Shown one piece after another: positions 15,614 through 24,672 of a stretch of DNA of 38,839 bases. Source of the DNA: Candidatus Undinarchaeota archaeon (GTDB lineage: Archaea > Undinarchaeota > Undinarchaeia > Undinarchaeales > UBA543); NCBI GenBank assembly GCA_964567575.1, contig CAZMMZ010000010.1, positions 1-38,839 of the forward strand, written 5' to 3'. A program made the position numbers and the translations under genes. The notes below the pieces were generated by a model that did no database searches, was not told where the DNA came from, and worked only from the letters and a program-made list of their open reading frames with translations. Each line of letters begins with the position of its first letter. Positions within the stretch are counted from its first letter, which is position 1.

Positions 15614-17485
15614 ATGGTCAAAAAAACAATAGCGATAATAGATACACAGAAAATAACATTCTCTCATTCAGTAAGAAGAGTATACGATTTTATTAAAGAT
15701 GTTGAAAATGATTTAAAATTTAAATTTATTAAATCAAAACTAAATAATCTTAGGAAGAAATATTCTGAATTTTTACCAATTGCTTTAGATTACAAAACAA
15801 GTCAAGAATTAAAAAAAAGAGGAATATCCCACAAATGCCATTGTGAAATAACAGAAGAATTTCTTGATCAAGAAGCATGGGATAGGGCTTATAAATTTTT
15901 TAAAGAAATGACCCCAGTAATTTCAAGTATTAATGAGATTATGACTTATTCTGGTCAGAAAATATGGGAACTCAATGAGGCCGAGGTATGGCGGTTTTAT
16001 CTGATACCAATCATAAAAACAATTGATTCTGCTTTAAAAATATTTGAAGAGGAAGATGTTGAACGATTAATAATTTATGATAACACTAGCATTTATCAAA
16101 AAACTTTCGAACTTGTAGCTAAAAATTTGGAAATAGAAGTAATTGATAAAACTCCAGCAAAAACAAAAATTGAAAACTCTTTGGAAAGAACTGCAATAAA
16201 TGTTATAACAAAAAAGAGTGGAGATACTTTGTTAGATTTACTTAAACCAGAAGCAAAAGATAAACCAAAATCAACAAAGAAAAAGATTGTGATTTTTTAT
16301 GATCACTGCACATTAAGAAATGTTTTACCATGGGCAAGCCAGATATCTGAAAACCATGATAAGATATGTGTTGGAATTGATTCAAAAGAAAAAGTAGAAG
16401 AAGAAATAAAAAAAGCAGGAATGCCTTATGAAAAATTACAGAATTATGCCACAGAAGAAACTATACAAAAATTAAAACAAATAAAAGAGAAACTAGCAGA
16501 CATTAATGAAAAAGCAAAATTAAGCAATTTCAAATATCGGGGAATTGATTTATGGCCAATTTCAAAAAAGATGTTTTCATTCCTTTTCAATGAACGTTTT
16601 CTAGAAACTTACATAAGAATTGAAACATTCAATAAAATGCTTGAATATGAAAAACCAGATCTTGTAATTACTGTAGATGATTGGAGCAGATACCCAAACA
16701 CATTATTAAAAATTTGCAAGCAGAAGCAAATCAAAACACTTGCTGTTAGATATGGAGTTTATTCTCAAGTACCAAAAGGTTACGAAATAACAGCGGACCG
16801 GGTTTTAGTATATGGAGAAGAATCAAAAAAGATTCTTACAATGTATGGACAAAACATAGGCAAGGCAGAAGTAACTGGACAAGCAGATGCAGATGGAACC
16901 GCAAATGCTCAGAAAGAAATTGAGATGTTTGAAAAATTAGGAATAGACAAAAACAAGAAACTTATTGTTTTTGCAGGAACTTGTGTTCCTGAAAACGGAA
17001 CCTACCACCCATATGATATTTTCTACAAAACAATAAAGAAATATCCAGAAGAACAAATAATAGTAAAAACTCATCCAGCAGAAACTCCGTATCTGCATGA
17101 AAAATTCATAAAGAAATATTCAATAAAAAATGTAAAGATAACAAATGATTATTTATTTGAATTATTGAAAAACTGTGACATGATAATTAATTTAACTTCA
17201 ACTGTCGCCACAGAAGCAATGACTTATGGGAAAAAAATAATTCACATTAATACACTAAAAGCACCAGACTATAGTTTCCCTCCAGAGAATGAAAATTATT
17301 TAAAATTAGTTTCAACTGAGGAAGAGTTGGATAAAACATTAAAGACTTTTTTAGAACAGCCAAATGAGGACAAAGAAGAAATAATTGAAGTATCAAAACA
17401 AACCATAAAAGAAAAGGGAGAACCAGTATACGCCGCCATAGTAAAAAATATAGAAGAGATGCTTGATACGACTCAAATTACATAA
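15614..17485 (+). CDS. Large putative GT-B-fold transferase (capsule-biosynthesis / TagF-like / sialyltransferase-like C-terminal half)
   Basis: EKPDLVITVDD, QIKTLAVRYG, ADRVLVYGE, EVTGQ, IIVKTHPAE, CDMIINLTSTVATEAMTYGKK. HP and S(T)xxxEA motifs resemble CMP/CDP-donor transferases. The N-terminal ~220 aa are unrecognised. Confidence 0.55.
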   Translation: MVKKTIAIIDTQKITFSHSVRRVYDFIKDVENDLKFKFIKSKLNNLRKKYSEFLPIALDYKTSQELKKRGISHKCHCEITEEFLDQEAWDRAYKFFKEMTPVISSINEIMTYSGQKIWELNEAEVWRFYLIPIIKTIDSALKIFEEEDVERLIIYDNTSIYQKTFELVAKNLEIEVIDKTPAKTKIENSLERTAINVITKKSGDTLLDLLKPEAKDKPKSTKKKIVIFYDHCTLRNVLPWASQISENHDKICVGIDSKEKVEEEIKKAGMPYEKLQNYATEETIQKLKQIKEKLADINEKAKLSNFKYRGIDLWPISKKMFSFLFNERFLETYIRIETFNKMLEYEKPDLVITVDDWSRYPNTLLKICKQKQIKTLAVRYGVYSQVPKGYEITADRVLVYGEESKKILTMYGQNIGKAEVTGQADADGTANAQKEIEMFEKLGIDKNKKLIVFAGTCVPENGTYHPYDIFYKTIKKYPEEQIIVKTHPAETPYLHEKFIKKYSIKNVKITNDYLFELLKNCDMIINLTSTVATEAMTYGKKIIHINTLKAPDYSFPPENENYLKLVSTEEELDKTLKTFLEQPNEDKEEIIEVSKQTIKEKGEPVYAAIVKNIEEMLDTTQIT

Positions 17486-17488
17486 AGC

Positions 17489-17496
17489 TTTTAAGT
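17489..17496 (+). promoter_or_regulatory. TATA-like element before the radical SAM/SPASM gene
   Basis: AAAGC-TTTTAAGT followed by 22 nt to ATG 17519. Confidence 0.55.
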
Positions 17497-17518
17497 TAAG
17501 AGAGGAAACCAAATTAAA

Positions 17519-18499
17519 ATGGTTACAAAAGTAGATTCTGCATTTCATCAGATAAAAGAAACTAAACAAGAAGATACTCCGGAGTACAAAGAGTACCGGA
17601 GACGTTGGTATGAAAATCCAAAAACTCATACTGTTGGAGAATTCCCAATACATCTTGACTTAGAGGGAACTCCATCTTGTAATCTGAAATGTGTGTTTTG
17701 CTATCAATCTTTTGATCCACTAGAAAAGGGATTCATGGAAATGGATTTGTTTAAGAAATGTATTGATGAAGGAGTTGAGAAAGGATTATGTTCAATAAAA
17801 TTACAATACAGAGGAGAAACCCTGTTACATCCAAAAGTTGTTGAGATGGTTCAATATGCAAAAGACAAAGGCGTTTTAGAAGTCATGTTCAATACAAATG
17901 GAATGTTGTTAACAGAAGAGCTGTCAAGGAAATTGATAAACGCTGGAATAGATAAAATTATTTTTTCAATAGAAGGAACTGATGCAGAAACATATGAAAA
18001 ACTTAGAATTGGTGCAAAATGGGAAACAGTATTAAATAATATTAAAGCTTTGAAACGTGTGAAAGAAGAACTTGGTTCAGAAAAACCAATAACAAGAGCT
18101 CAGATGGTAGCAACCCCTGAACTTAAGGATAAAGTAGATGAGTATGCAGAATTTTGGAGTCAATATGTTGACAATATTGGAATAGATGAATATCTTGATT
18201 ACAGACAAGACATGAGCACACCAACAATTTCTAAAGAATTTGCATGTCCACAATTTTGGCAAAGACTTATTGTATTCTGGGATGGAACAATTATTCCTTG
18301 CTGTGAAGAGAGACACGGAAAACTCGCAGTTGGAAATGCCAAAACAGAAAGTATTTCAGATGTGTGGAAAGGTCCAAAAATGCAAAAGCTAAGAGAAAAG
18401 CATCTGAGTGGAGAATCTCATACAATACCATCATGTGCCACATGTATTTCAAGGAAACACATTATTGATAATCATATTAACAAAAAAGAGAGCAGCTAG
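17519..18499 (+). CDS. Radical SAM/SPASM (twitch) domain protein
   Basis: CNLKCVFC, RGETLLHP, FNTNGMLL, FSIEG, C-terminal CPQFW..DGTIIPCC..GN..DVW..CATC. Confidence 0.9.
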   Translation: MVTKVDSAFHQIKETKQEDTPEYKEYRRRWYENPKTHTVGEFPIHLDLEGTPSCNLKCVFCYQSFDPLEKGFMEMDLFKKCIDEGVEKGLCSIKLQYRGETLLHPKVVEMVQYAKDKGVLEVMFNTNGMLLTEELSRKLINAGIDKIIFSIEGTDAETYEKLRIGAKWETVLNNIKALKRVKEELGSEKPITRAQMVATPELKDKVDEYAEFWSQYVDNIGIDEYLDYRQDMSTPTISKEFACPQFWQRLIVFWDGTIIPCCEERHGKLAVGNAKTESISDVWKGPKMQKLREKHLSGESHTIPSCATCISRKHIIDNHINKKESS

Positions 18500-18501
18500 A
18501 C

Positions 18502-20058
18502 ATGACTAATGTTAGGGTTATTCCAAGACTTGATATAAAAGGACCTAACTTGGTTAAAGGGATTAGGCTTGAGGGTTTGCGGGTTCTTGGAAAACCAGAG
18601 GATTTTGCACTAAATTATTATAAAAATGGCGCAGATGAATTATTGTATATAGATGTTGTTGCAAGCCTATATGAAAGAAACAACCTCAGAGAAATTGTTG
18701 AAAAAACTGCAAAGAAGCTCCACATACCGATGACTGTTGGGGGAGGGATAAGAACAATAAAGGACATAAAAGAAATTCTTCGCGCTGGAGCCGACAAAGT
18801 TGCGATAAATACTGCTGCTGTAAAGAATCCAAAAATAATAACAGAGGGAGCAAATGCATTTGGATCACAATGTATTGTAGGATCAATTGAAGCTAAGAAA
18901 AAAATAGACGGAACTTATGAAGCATATATTGATAATGGAAGAGAAAAAACAGGGAAAGATGTTTTTGAATGGGCGAAAGAACTTGTAGATCTTGGGGCAG
19001 GAGAGCTTTTAATCACTTCAGTTGATAAAGAAGGAACAGGAAAAGGATACGACAACGAACTGACAGCAAAAATATCTAAGTCTGTCAATGTTCCTGTTAT
19101 TGCCTGTGGAGGAGCAGGAAAAATAGAAGACGTGGTTGATGTAATAAAAAAAGGAAAAGCAGATGCTGTCTGTGCTGCATCTCTATTTCATTATAATTAT
19201 TTGGATTCTCTTAGAAAAGAAGAGGGTTATGATGAAGAAGGAAATGTTGAATTTCTTAAAACAAAGTCACAATTTTTGAAAGGAATGATCACTCCTGCAG
19301 GAATAATGGATGTTAAATCTGAGATGACTAATGCTGGAATAGATTGCAGAATAGATAAGAGAGCAAATGGAACAAAAGATCTGGTAAAAAAGAATACAAA
19401 ACTAAAAGTAGTTGTGATTGATTACGGCCTTTGTAATTTATTCAGCATAGAAAAAGCATTGAAACATATTGGAGTATATCCAATAATAACCGGTGATGAG
19501 AAAATTATAGAAAAAGCAGATCGTTTGATTCTACCAGGAGTTGGGGCTTTTGCAGAAGCCATGAAAAATATGCGAGATAAAAAATTAATTGAACCAATTA
19601 AAAAAGCAGTTGAAAAAGGGACACCGCTTCTTGGTATTTGTCTAGGAATGCAAATTTTGATGGATGAAAGTGAAGAATTTGGAAAGCACCCTGGCCTTGG
19701 ACTTATCCCAGGAAAAGTAATTAGGTTTAAGATGTCTGAAGAAAAAAACAAAGTCAAGATTCCCCAAATAGGATGGAATTCAATTAACGTGCCAGAGAAT
19801 ACCACTTGGAATGGAAGCATTCTTGAAAAAGTGGATCCAGGAGCGTTCTTTTATTTTGTTCACTCATATATTGTTGTTCCAGAAAATAAAAAGAATGTGC
19901 TGGCAACAACATTTTATGGGAAAGATAATTTCTGTTCAGTGGTTAGGAAAAATAATGTTTTTGGGTGTCAATCTCATCCAGAAAGAAGTGGGGAAGTTGG
20001 GTTAAATATTTATAGACAATTCATCTTTGAAAACAATGAGGGAATAAAAAATGACTGA
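18502..20058 (+). CDS. HisF-like cyclase fused to a HisH-like glutaminase (glycan acetamidino-modification paralogue, AglZ/AglY or WbuZ/WbuY type)
   Basis: N-terminal RVIPRLDIKG, PMTVGGGIR, GADKVAINT, LITSVDKEGT. C-terminal IDYGLCN, ILPGVGAF, LGICLGMQ, YFVHSY, QSHPERS. One uninterrupted frame. Confidence 0.88.
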   Translation: MTNVRVIPRLDIKGPNLVKGIRLEGLRVLGKPEDFALNYYKNGADELLYIDVVASLYERNNLREIVEKTAKKLHIPMTVGGGIRTIKDIKEILRAGADKVAINTAAVKNPKIITEGANAFGSQCIVGSIEAKKKIDGTYEAYIDNGREKTGKDVFEWAKELVDLGAGELLITSVDKEGTGKGYDNELTAKISKSVNVPVIACGGAGKIEDVVDVIKKGKADAVCAASLFHYNYLDSLRKEEGYDEEGNVEFLKTKSQFLKGMITPAGIMDVKSEMTNAGIDCRIDKRANGTKDLVKKNTKLKVVVIDYGLCNLFSIEKALKHIGVYPIITGDEKIIEKADRLILPGVGAFAEAMKNMRDKKLIEPIKKAVEKGTPLLGICLGMQILMDESEEFGKHPGLGLIPGKVIRFKMSEEKNKVKIPQIGWNSINVPENTTWNGSILEKVDPGAFFYFVHSYIVVPENKKNVLATTFYGKDNFCSVVRKNNVFGCQSHPERSGEVGLNIYRQFIFENNEGIKND

Positions 20059-21277
20059 AGCATGGTTCGGATCACCAGAGGAAGTGAAATTCTGTAAGAA
20101 GTGCGTAATTTCAAATCAGCGACCTTCTTCTTGTAATGAGTATTTTCATACTCGTGAATCAAAGCACGAAACAATAGAACTTGATGAAGATGGAATTTGC
20201 TATGCCTGCAGGGTAAATGAAGCAAAGGACAAAGATATTGACTGGAAAGACAGAGAGGAACAACTTATTCAACTTCTTGATGAACACAGAAGTAAGGATG
20301 GTTCATATGATGTACTTGTTCCAGGAAGCGGTGGAAAAGACAGCACTTTTCAGGCGCACGTTCTGAAGCACAAATATGGAATGCACCCACTCACAATTAC
20401 TTGGACACCTCATCTGTATACAAACGTTGGATGGAGAAATTTTCAAAGATGGCTTCACAAAGGTGGTTTTGATAATTATCTTTTCACACCAAATCCAATA
20501 GTTCATAGATTGATGACAAAGCTCGCATTTGAAAACTTATTACACCCATTTCAACCATTTATCCTTGGGCAAAAGACCTTTCCTTTGAAAATGGCAAAAA
20601 TGCTCAACATTCCGCTTGTAATGTATGGGGAGATGCCAGGAGAGTATGGGGCGAAAGTTTCTATTAATGAGAAAAAATTCAGCACTGGCAAGGACGGGCA
20701 TTCAATTGATTATCTGCACGGAAAAGATCCGGACGATCTTTACATGGGAGGGGTTCAGGTTAGGGAATTAAAGAGCAAATACGGGCTTAAAGAAGGAGAT
20801 CTTGAAGCATACATGCCTATGAAGCTGGAAGACATACAGGAGAAAGATATAGAATTCCACTATCTTGGGTATTATTTGAGATGGACGCCACAGGAGTGCT
20901 ATTATTATTCTGTTGAAAACATTGGATTTGAAGCAAATCCTGAAAGAACAGAAGGCACATATTCAAAATATAACAGTATTGATGACAAGATTGACGGATA
21001 TCATTATTATACCACATTTATTAAATTCGGAATTGGAAGAGCTACTTATGATGCAGCGCAGGAAATAAGAAACCATCACTTAACAAGAGAAGACGGGATT
21101 GCTCTTGTTAAAAAATATGATGGGGAACTTCCACGAAAATATTTTGAAGAGATTCTTGAATACATGAGTTTGACAGAGAAACAATTCCATGAAATATGTG
21201 ATAAGTTCCGCTCTCCGCACTTATGGGATAAAAAAGACGGAAAATGGAACCTTAAGCATAAAATATGGGAAAAATAA
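20051..21277 (+). CDS. N-acetyl sugar amidotransferase (PseA/PtmG/WbpG/AglX family)
   Basis: CKKCVIS..RP, CYAC, PP-loop VPGSGGKDS, MHPLTITW, HPFQPFILGQK, KFGIGRATYDA. Confidence 0.92.
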   Translation: MTEAWFGSPEEVKFCKKCVISNQRPSSCNEYFHTRESKHETIELDEDGICYACRVNEAKDKDIDWKDREEQLIQLLDEHRSKDGSYDVLVPGSGGKDSTFQAHVLKHKYGMHPLTITWTPHLYTNVGWRNFQRWLHKGGFDNYLFTPNPIVHRLMTKLAFENLLHPFQPFILGQKTFPLKMAKMLNIPLVMYGEMPGEYGAKVSINEKKFSTGKDGHSIDYLHGKDPDDLYMGGVQVRELKSKYGLKEGDLEAYMPMKLEDIQEKDIEFHYLGYYLRWTPQECYYYSVENIGFEANPERTEGTYSKYNSIDDKIDGYHYYTTFIKFGIGRATYDAAQEIRNHHLTREDGIALVKKYDGELPRKYFEEILEYMSLTEKQFHEICDKFRSPHLWDKKDGKWNLKHKIWEK

Positions 21278-21311
21278 TAATTTTAAAAACCCAGAAAACA
21301 GGTAAATAACA

Positions 21312-21341
21312 CTTAAATACGCAAATTTTGAGTCTTTTAGT
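21312..21341 (+). promoter_or_regulatory. TATA box and 22-nt spacer before neuA
   Basis: ATAACA-CTTAAATA at 21312-21319, then 22 nt, then ATG 21342. Confidence 0.65.
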
Positions 21342-22022
21342 ATGAAAACCGAGACTATTTGCATAATTCCAGCCAGAGGTGGCTCTAAAGAGATTCCAAA
21401 GAAAAATATTGTAGATTTAGCTGGAAAACCTCTTATTGCATATACTATTGAAACTGCTAAGCAGAGTGGCGTTTTTGATCATGTTTATGTGTCAACTGAA
21501 GATTCAGAGATTGCTCAAACAGCTAAAGAGTATGGAGCAGAGATAATTGATAGGCCAGCAAAGCTTGCAACTGACGAAGCAGGAACACTATCAGTTCTTC
21601 AGCACGCTGTAAAAGACCGAGATTGTGATATTGTAGTACTAATGCAGGCAACCTCACCATTCACAACTAGTGATGATGTGAAAAAGATGGTTGAGAAGCT
21701 TAAAGAAAGTGAAGCAGATTCAGTTGTAAGTTTGAAAGAAGCTGATTATTCACCTTATTGGATGAAAAAAATTGATGAGAATGGAAAAGTTTCAGAATTT
21801 ATGGAAGGTGGAATAAAGAATTATGTCAGACGACAAGATTTGCCAAAACTTTACCAACTGACTGGCGCAATTTATGCAACCAGAAAAAGAGTTTTAGAAT
21901 CAGGAAATATTCTTGGAGAAAATACACTTTCATATTTGATTCCAGAAGAGAGGTCACTTGATATTGATACAAAATTTGATTTGAAAGTAGCGAGATTATT
22001 GAAAAATGCAGATACAAACTAA
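21342..22022 (+). CDS. neuA: CMP-nonulosonic acid synthetase (acylneuraminate cytidylyltransferase)
   Basis: IIPARGGSKEIPKKNI, GKPLIAYTI, VSTEDSEI, LMQATSPF, RRQDLP, SLDIDT. Confidence 0.93.
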   Translation: MKTETICIIPARGGSKEIPKKNIVDLAGKPLIAYTIETAKQSGVFDHVYVSTEDSEIAQTAKEYGAEIIDRPAKLATDEAGTLSVLQHAVKDRDCDIVVLMQATSPFTTSDDVKKMVEKLKESEADSVVSLKEADYSPYWMKKIDENGKVSEFMEGGIKNYVRRQDLPKLYQLTGAIYATRKRVLESGNILGENTLSYLIPEERSLDIDTKFDLKVARLLKNADTN

Positions 22023-23130
22023 TAGTATGACAATTGGAGAACCAAACAAATGTTTTATTGTAGCTGAAGCAGGAAGCAATCACAATGGAGATATTGAACT
22101 TGGAAAGAAACTAATTGATTCTGCAAAAGAGTGTGGCTGCGACGCTGTAAAGTTCCAGGCATTTAGAACAGAAGAACTTGTAACTGAAAAAGCTGACAAA
22201 GCTGAATATCAAAAAGGAAAAAGTTCTGGAAAAAGTCAGTTTGAAATGTTGAAAGACCTTGAGCTTTCAAAAGAAAATCACAGTGCACTTATTGATTATG
22301 CAAAGCAAATAGGAATTCCACTTTTTTATTCTGTTTTTGATTATTCAAGTTCTGATCTTGTTGATGAACTTGGGATTGAAATTTTCAAATTCGGTGCAGG
22401 AGAATTAACAAACCTCCCATTCCTTGAACACGTTGCGAAAAAAGGAAAACCAATGATTCTTTCAGCTGGTGTTGCAGAAGATTGGGAAATACAAGATGCA
22501 CTTGATGCTATAAAATCACAAGGCAATGACCAGATAATCCTTATGCATTGCACAACTGGATATCCATCAAGATTAGAAGATGCAAATATTCGAAGAGTAA
22601 AATATCTTAAAGAAAAATTCAATGTTTTAGTTGGGCAATCAGATCATACACTTGGAACTGAAGTAATTATATCTGCAGCAGCTCTTGGCGCATGCATTAT
22701 TGAAAAACATTTTACAATTGACAACACTTTACCAGGACCTGATCATTCAATGTCTATGAATCCTGAGCAGATGAAAGAAATTGTTCAGGCAGTAAGACAA
22801 GTTGAAACAAATCCTGTTGAAGAATCACAACTTGTTGAAACTTTAGAGAAACTTGGAAAACCAACATCAGTAGAAGACATTGAAAAGATTCTTGGACAAG
22901 GAAATCGAGCAGTTTCAGAAACAGAACTTAAAGAAAAGATTTGGGTTAGAAAAAGTTTAGTTGCTGCTTCTAATATTAATGCAGGAGATATTCTTGATGA
23001 GAATAACACAGCAATACGAAGACCTGCAGAAGGAATTCTACCAAAGAATGCAGGGAAAACTTATGGGAAAAAAGCAGTGAATGATATTGAGAAAGGAACA
23101 CCAATTAAGGAGGATATGATTAGTGAGTAA
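22006..23130 (+). CDS. neuB: Nonulosonic acid synthase (NeuB/LegI family) with C-terminal SAF domain
   Basis: FIVAEAGSNHNGD, AVKFQ, LMHCTTGYP, GQSDHTLG, IEKHFT, GPDHSMS, RKSLVA, RRPAEGI. Confidence 0.95.
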   Translation: MQIQTNSMTIGEPNKCFIVAEAGSNHNGDIELGKKLIDSAKECGCDAVKFQAFRTEELVTEKADKAEYQKGKSSGKSQFEMLKDLELSKENHSALIDYAKQIGIPLFYSVFDYSSSDLVDELGIEIFKFGAGELTNLPFLEHVAKKGKPMILSAGVAEDWEIQDALDAIKSQGNDQIILMHCTTGYPSRLEDANIRRVKYLKEKFNVLVGQSDHTLGTEVIISAAALGACIIEKHFTIDNTLPGPDHSMSMNPEQMKEIVQAVRQVETNPVEESQLVETLEKLGKPTSVEDIEKILGQGNRAVSETELKEKIWVRKSLVAASNINAGDILDENNTAIRRPAEGILPKNAGKTYGKKAVNDIEKGTPIKEDMISE

Positions 23131-24022
23131 AAAAAGAGTGGTTTTCATAACAAGTATTCGCTGGGGAAAAGCGTGCCTAGAAAAAACCATAGAAAATAAT
23201 AATGCAGAAGTTGTTGCAATTTTCACAACAGAAAAACCTGAGAAATCAGCAGGATACGAACCTCTTGATGATATTGCAAAAAAACACAATATTCCTCTTT
23301 TCAAAATCAAACACATAAATAATGAAATAGAAAAAATAAGAGAACTTAAACCAGATTGGATTTTTGCTCTTGGATGGTCGCAGATTCTTTCTGAAGACTT
23401 TTTCAGTATTCCAACTGGAGGATTAATTGGTGGACATCCAACAATGCTTCCAAAAAACAGAGGACGAGCTCCACTAACTTGGGCAATAATCAAAGGTCTT
23501 GAAAAAACAGGATTCACTTTCTTCCATCTTGCAAAAGAAGTTGATGATGGAGATATTCTTGCACAAGAAGAAATAGAAATTGGACAAGATGATACTGTGA
23601 ATGATCTGTTAGACAAAGTCACAGAAACTGCAGGAAATCTTTTAGAAAAAACATTACCAGAACTTTTCTCAGAAAATCCACCACACATAAAGCAAAACCC
23701 AGAAGAGGCAACGTATTGGCCAAAGCGAACTCCAGAAGATGGAATTATAGATTGGAACAAAACAACAAAAGAACTTGATGCTTGGGTAAGAGCATTAACA
23801 AAACCATACCCTGGTGCTTTCACATTCTATAATGGGGAGAAAATAGTAATCTGGAAGGCAAGTTCAAAAGAATTAAAAGGGAATCCTGGAGAAATATTAG
23901 AAGAAAGTGATGGAAAAATAACTGTTGGAACAAAAGACAGTAGCATACAGATAGAAGAATATGAACCAGAAATAAATGCACAAATTCATAATCATTTTAA
24001 AAATGAGGTATTAGAAAAATGA
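23123..24022 (+). CDS. Formyltransferase (Fmt-like, probable sugar N-formyltransferase)
   Basis: GWSQIL, GGHPTMLPKNRGRAP, TGFTFF, EVDDGDI, KRTPEDGIIDW, VRALTKPYPGAF. GTG start overlaps the neuB end. Confidence 0.88.
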   Translation: MSKKRVVFITSIRWGKACLEKTIENNNAEVVAIFTTEKPEKSAGYEPLDDIAKKHNIPLFKIKHINNEIEKIRELKPDWIFALGWSQILSEDFFSIPTGGLIGGHPTMLPKNRGRAPLTWAIIKGLEKTGFTFFHLAKEVDDGDILAQEEIEIGQDDTVNDLLDKVTETAGNLLEKTLPELFSENPPHIKQNPEEATYWPKRTPEDGIIDWNKTTKELDAWVRALTKPYPGAFTFYNGEKIVIWKASSKELKGNPGEILEESDGKITVGTKDSSIQIEEYEPEINAQIHNHFKNEVLEK

Positions 24023-24672
24023 AAACATTAGTAATAGCCGCACATCCGGACGATGAAGTCCTTGGAATGGGAGGCACAATACAAAAACTTGCAGAAGATG
24101 GTGAAGTTTATCTTTGCATACTGACAGTTGGAACAGAAGAAGTATATGGAAAAGAAGTTCTTGCTGAAAAAAGAAAAGAATGTGAAACAGCAGCAGAACT
24201 TTTAGGTATAACGAAAGGGTTCTACTGCGAATTCCCAACATTAACATTAAATTCTATACCACAAGTAGAAATTAACAAAAAAATAGAGGACATAATTAAA
24301 GAAGTAGAACCAGAACAAGTGTTTACTCATTATTATGGAGACGTAAACAGAGATCACCAAGTTGCATTTAATTGTACACTTACTGCAACTAGACCGCTAT
24401 CGGCCCCTTCAGTAAAGAAAGTTGTTTGTTATGAAGTAATGTCAAGTTCAGAATGGGGAAACCCAGACAAAGGATTTATTCCAAATATGTTTGTTGATAT
24501 TAGCAAATATCTTGATAAAAAAATTGAAGCTCTAAAGATTTACAAAACAGAAGCTAAGGAAAATCCTAATCCAAGGTCACCGGAAAAAGTAAAAGTTTTT
24601 GCACAAAGCAGAGGTGGAATAATTGGTGTTGAAGCTGCTGAAACATTTAAAATTATAAGAGAAATAAAATGA
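24019..24672 (+). CDS. PIG-L/LmbE family N-deacetylase
   Basis: VIAAHPDDEVLGMGG, DVNRDHQ, YEVMSSSEW, KIEAL, AETF. Confidence 0.9.
   Translation: MKTLVIAAHPDDEVLGMGGTIQKLAEDGEVYLCILTVGTEEVYGKEVLAEKRKECETAAELLGITKGFYCEFPTLTLNSIPQVEINKKIEDIIKEVEPEQVFTHYYGDVNRDHQVAFNCTLTATRPLSAPSVKKVVCYEVMSSSEWGNPDKGFIPNMFVDISKYLDKKIEALKIYKTEAKENPNPRSPEKVKVFAQSRGGIIGVEAAETFKIIREIK

Noticed and set aside
15604-15633. Short out-of-frame ORF MSSEWSKKQ* overlapping the start of the 623-aa gene across an A7 run (possible slippage or phase variation)
   Set aside because: The long ORF has its own ATG at 15614 and is intact, and A7 runs are common in this AT-rich sequence.
18502-20058. Histidine biosynthesis hisF/hisH
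   Set aside because: No other his genes are present, the next gene is an N-acetyl sugar amidotransferase, and one HisF catalytic Asp position is Glu.
23123-24022. Methionyl-tRNA formyltransferase (fmt) for translation initiation
   Set aside because: It is embedded in a nonulosonate operon next to a deacetylase, with no def/fmt context, and the GGHP variant replaces the usual NxHP.
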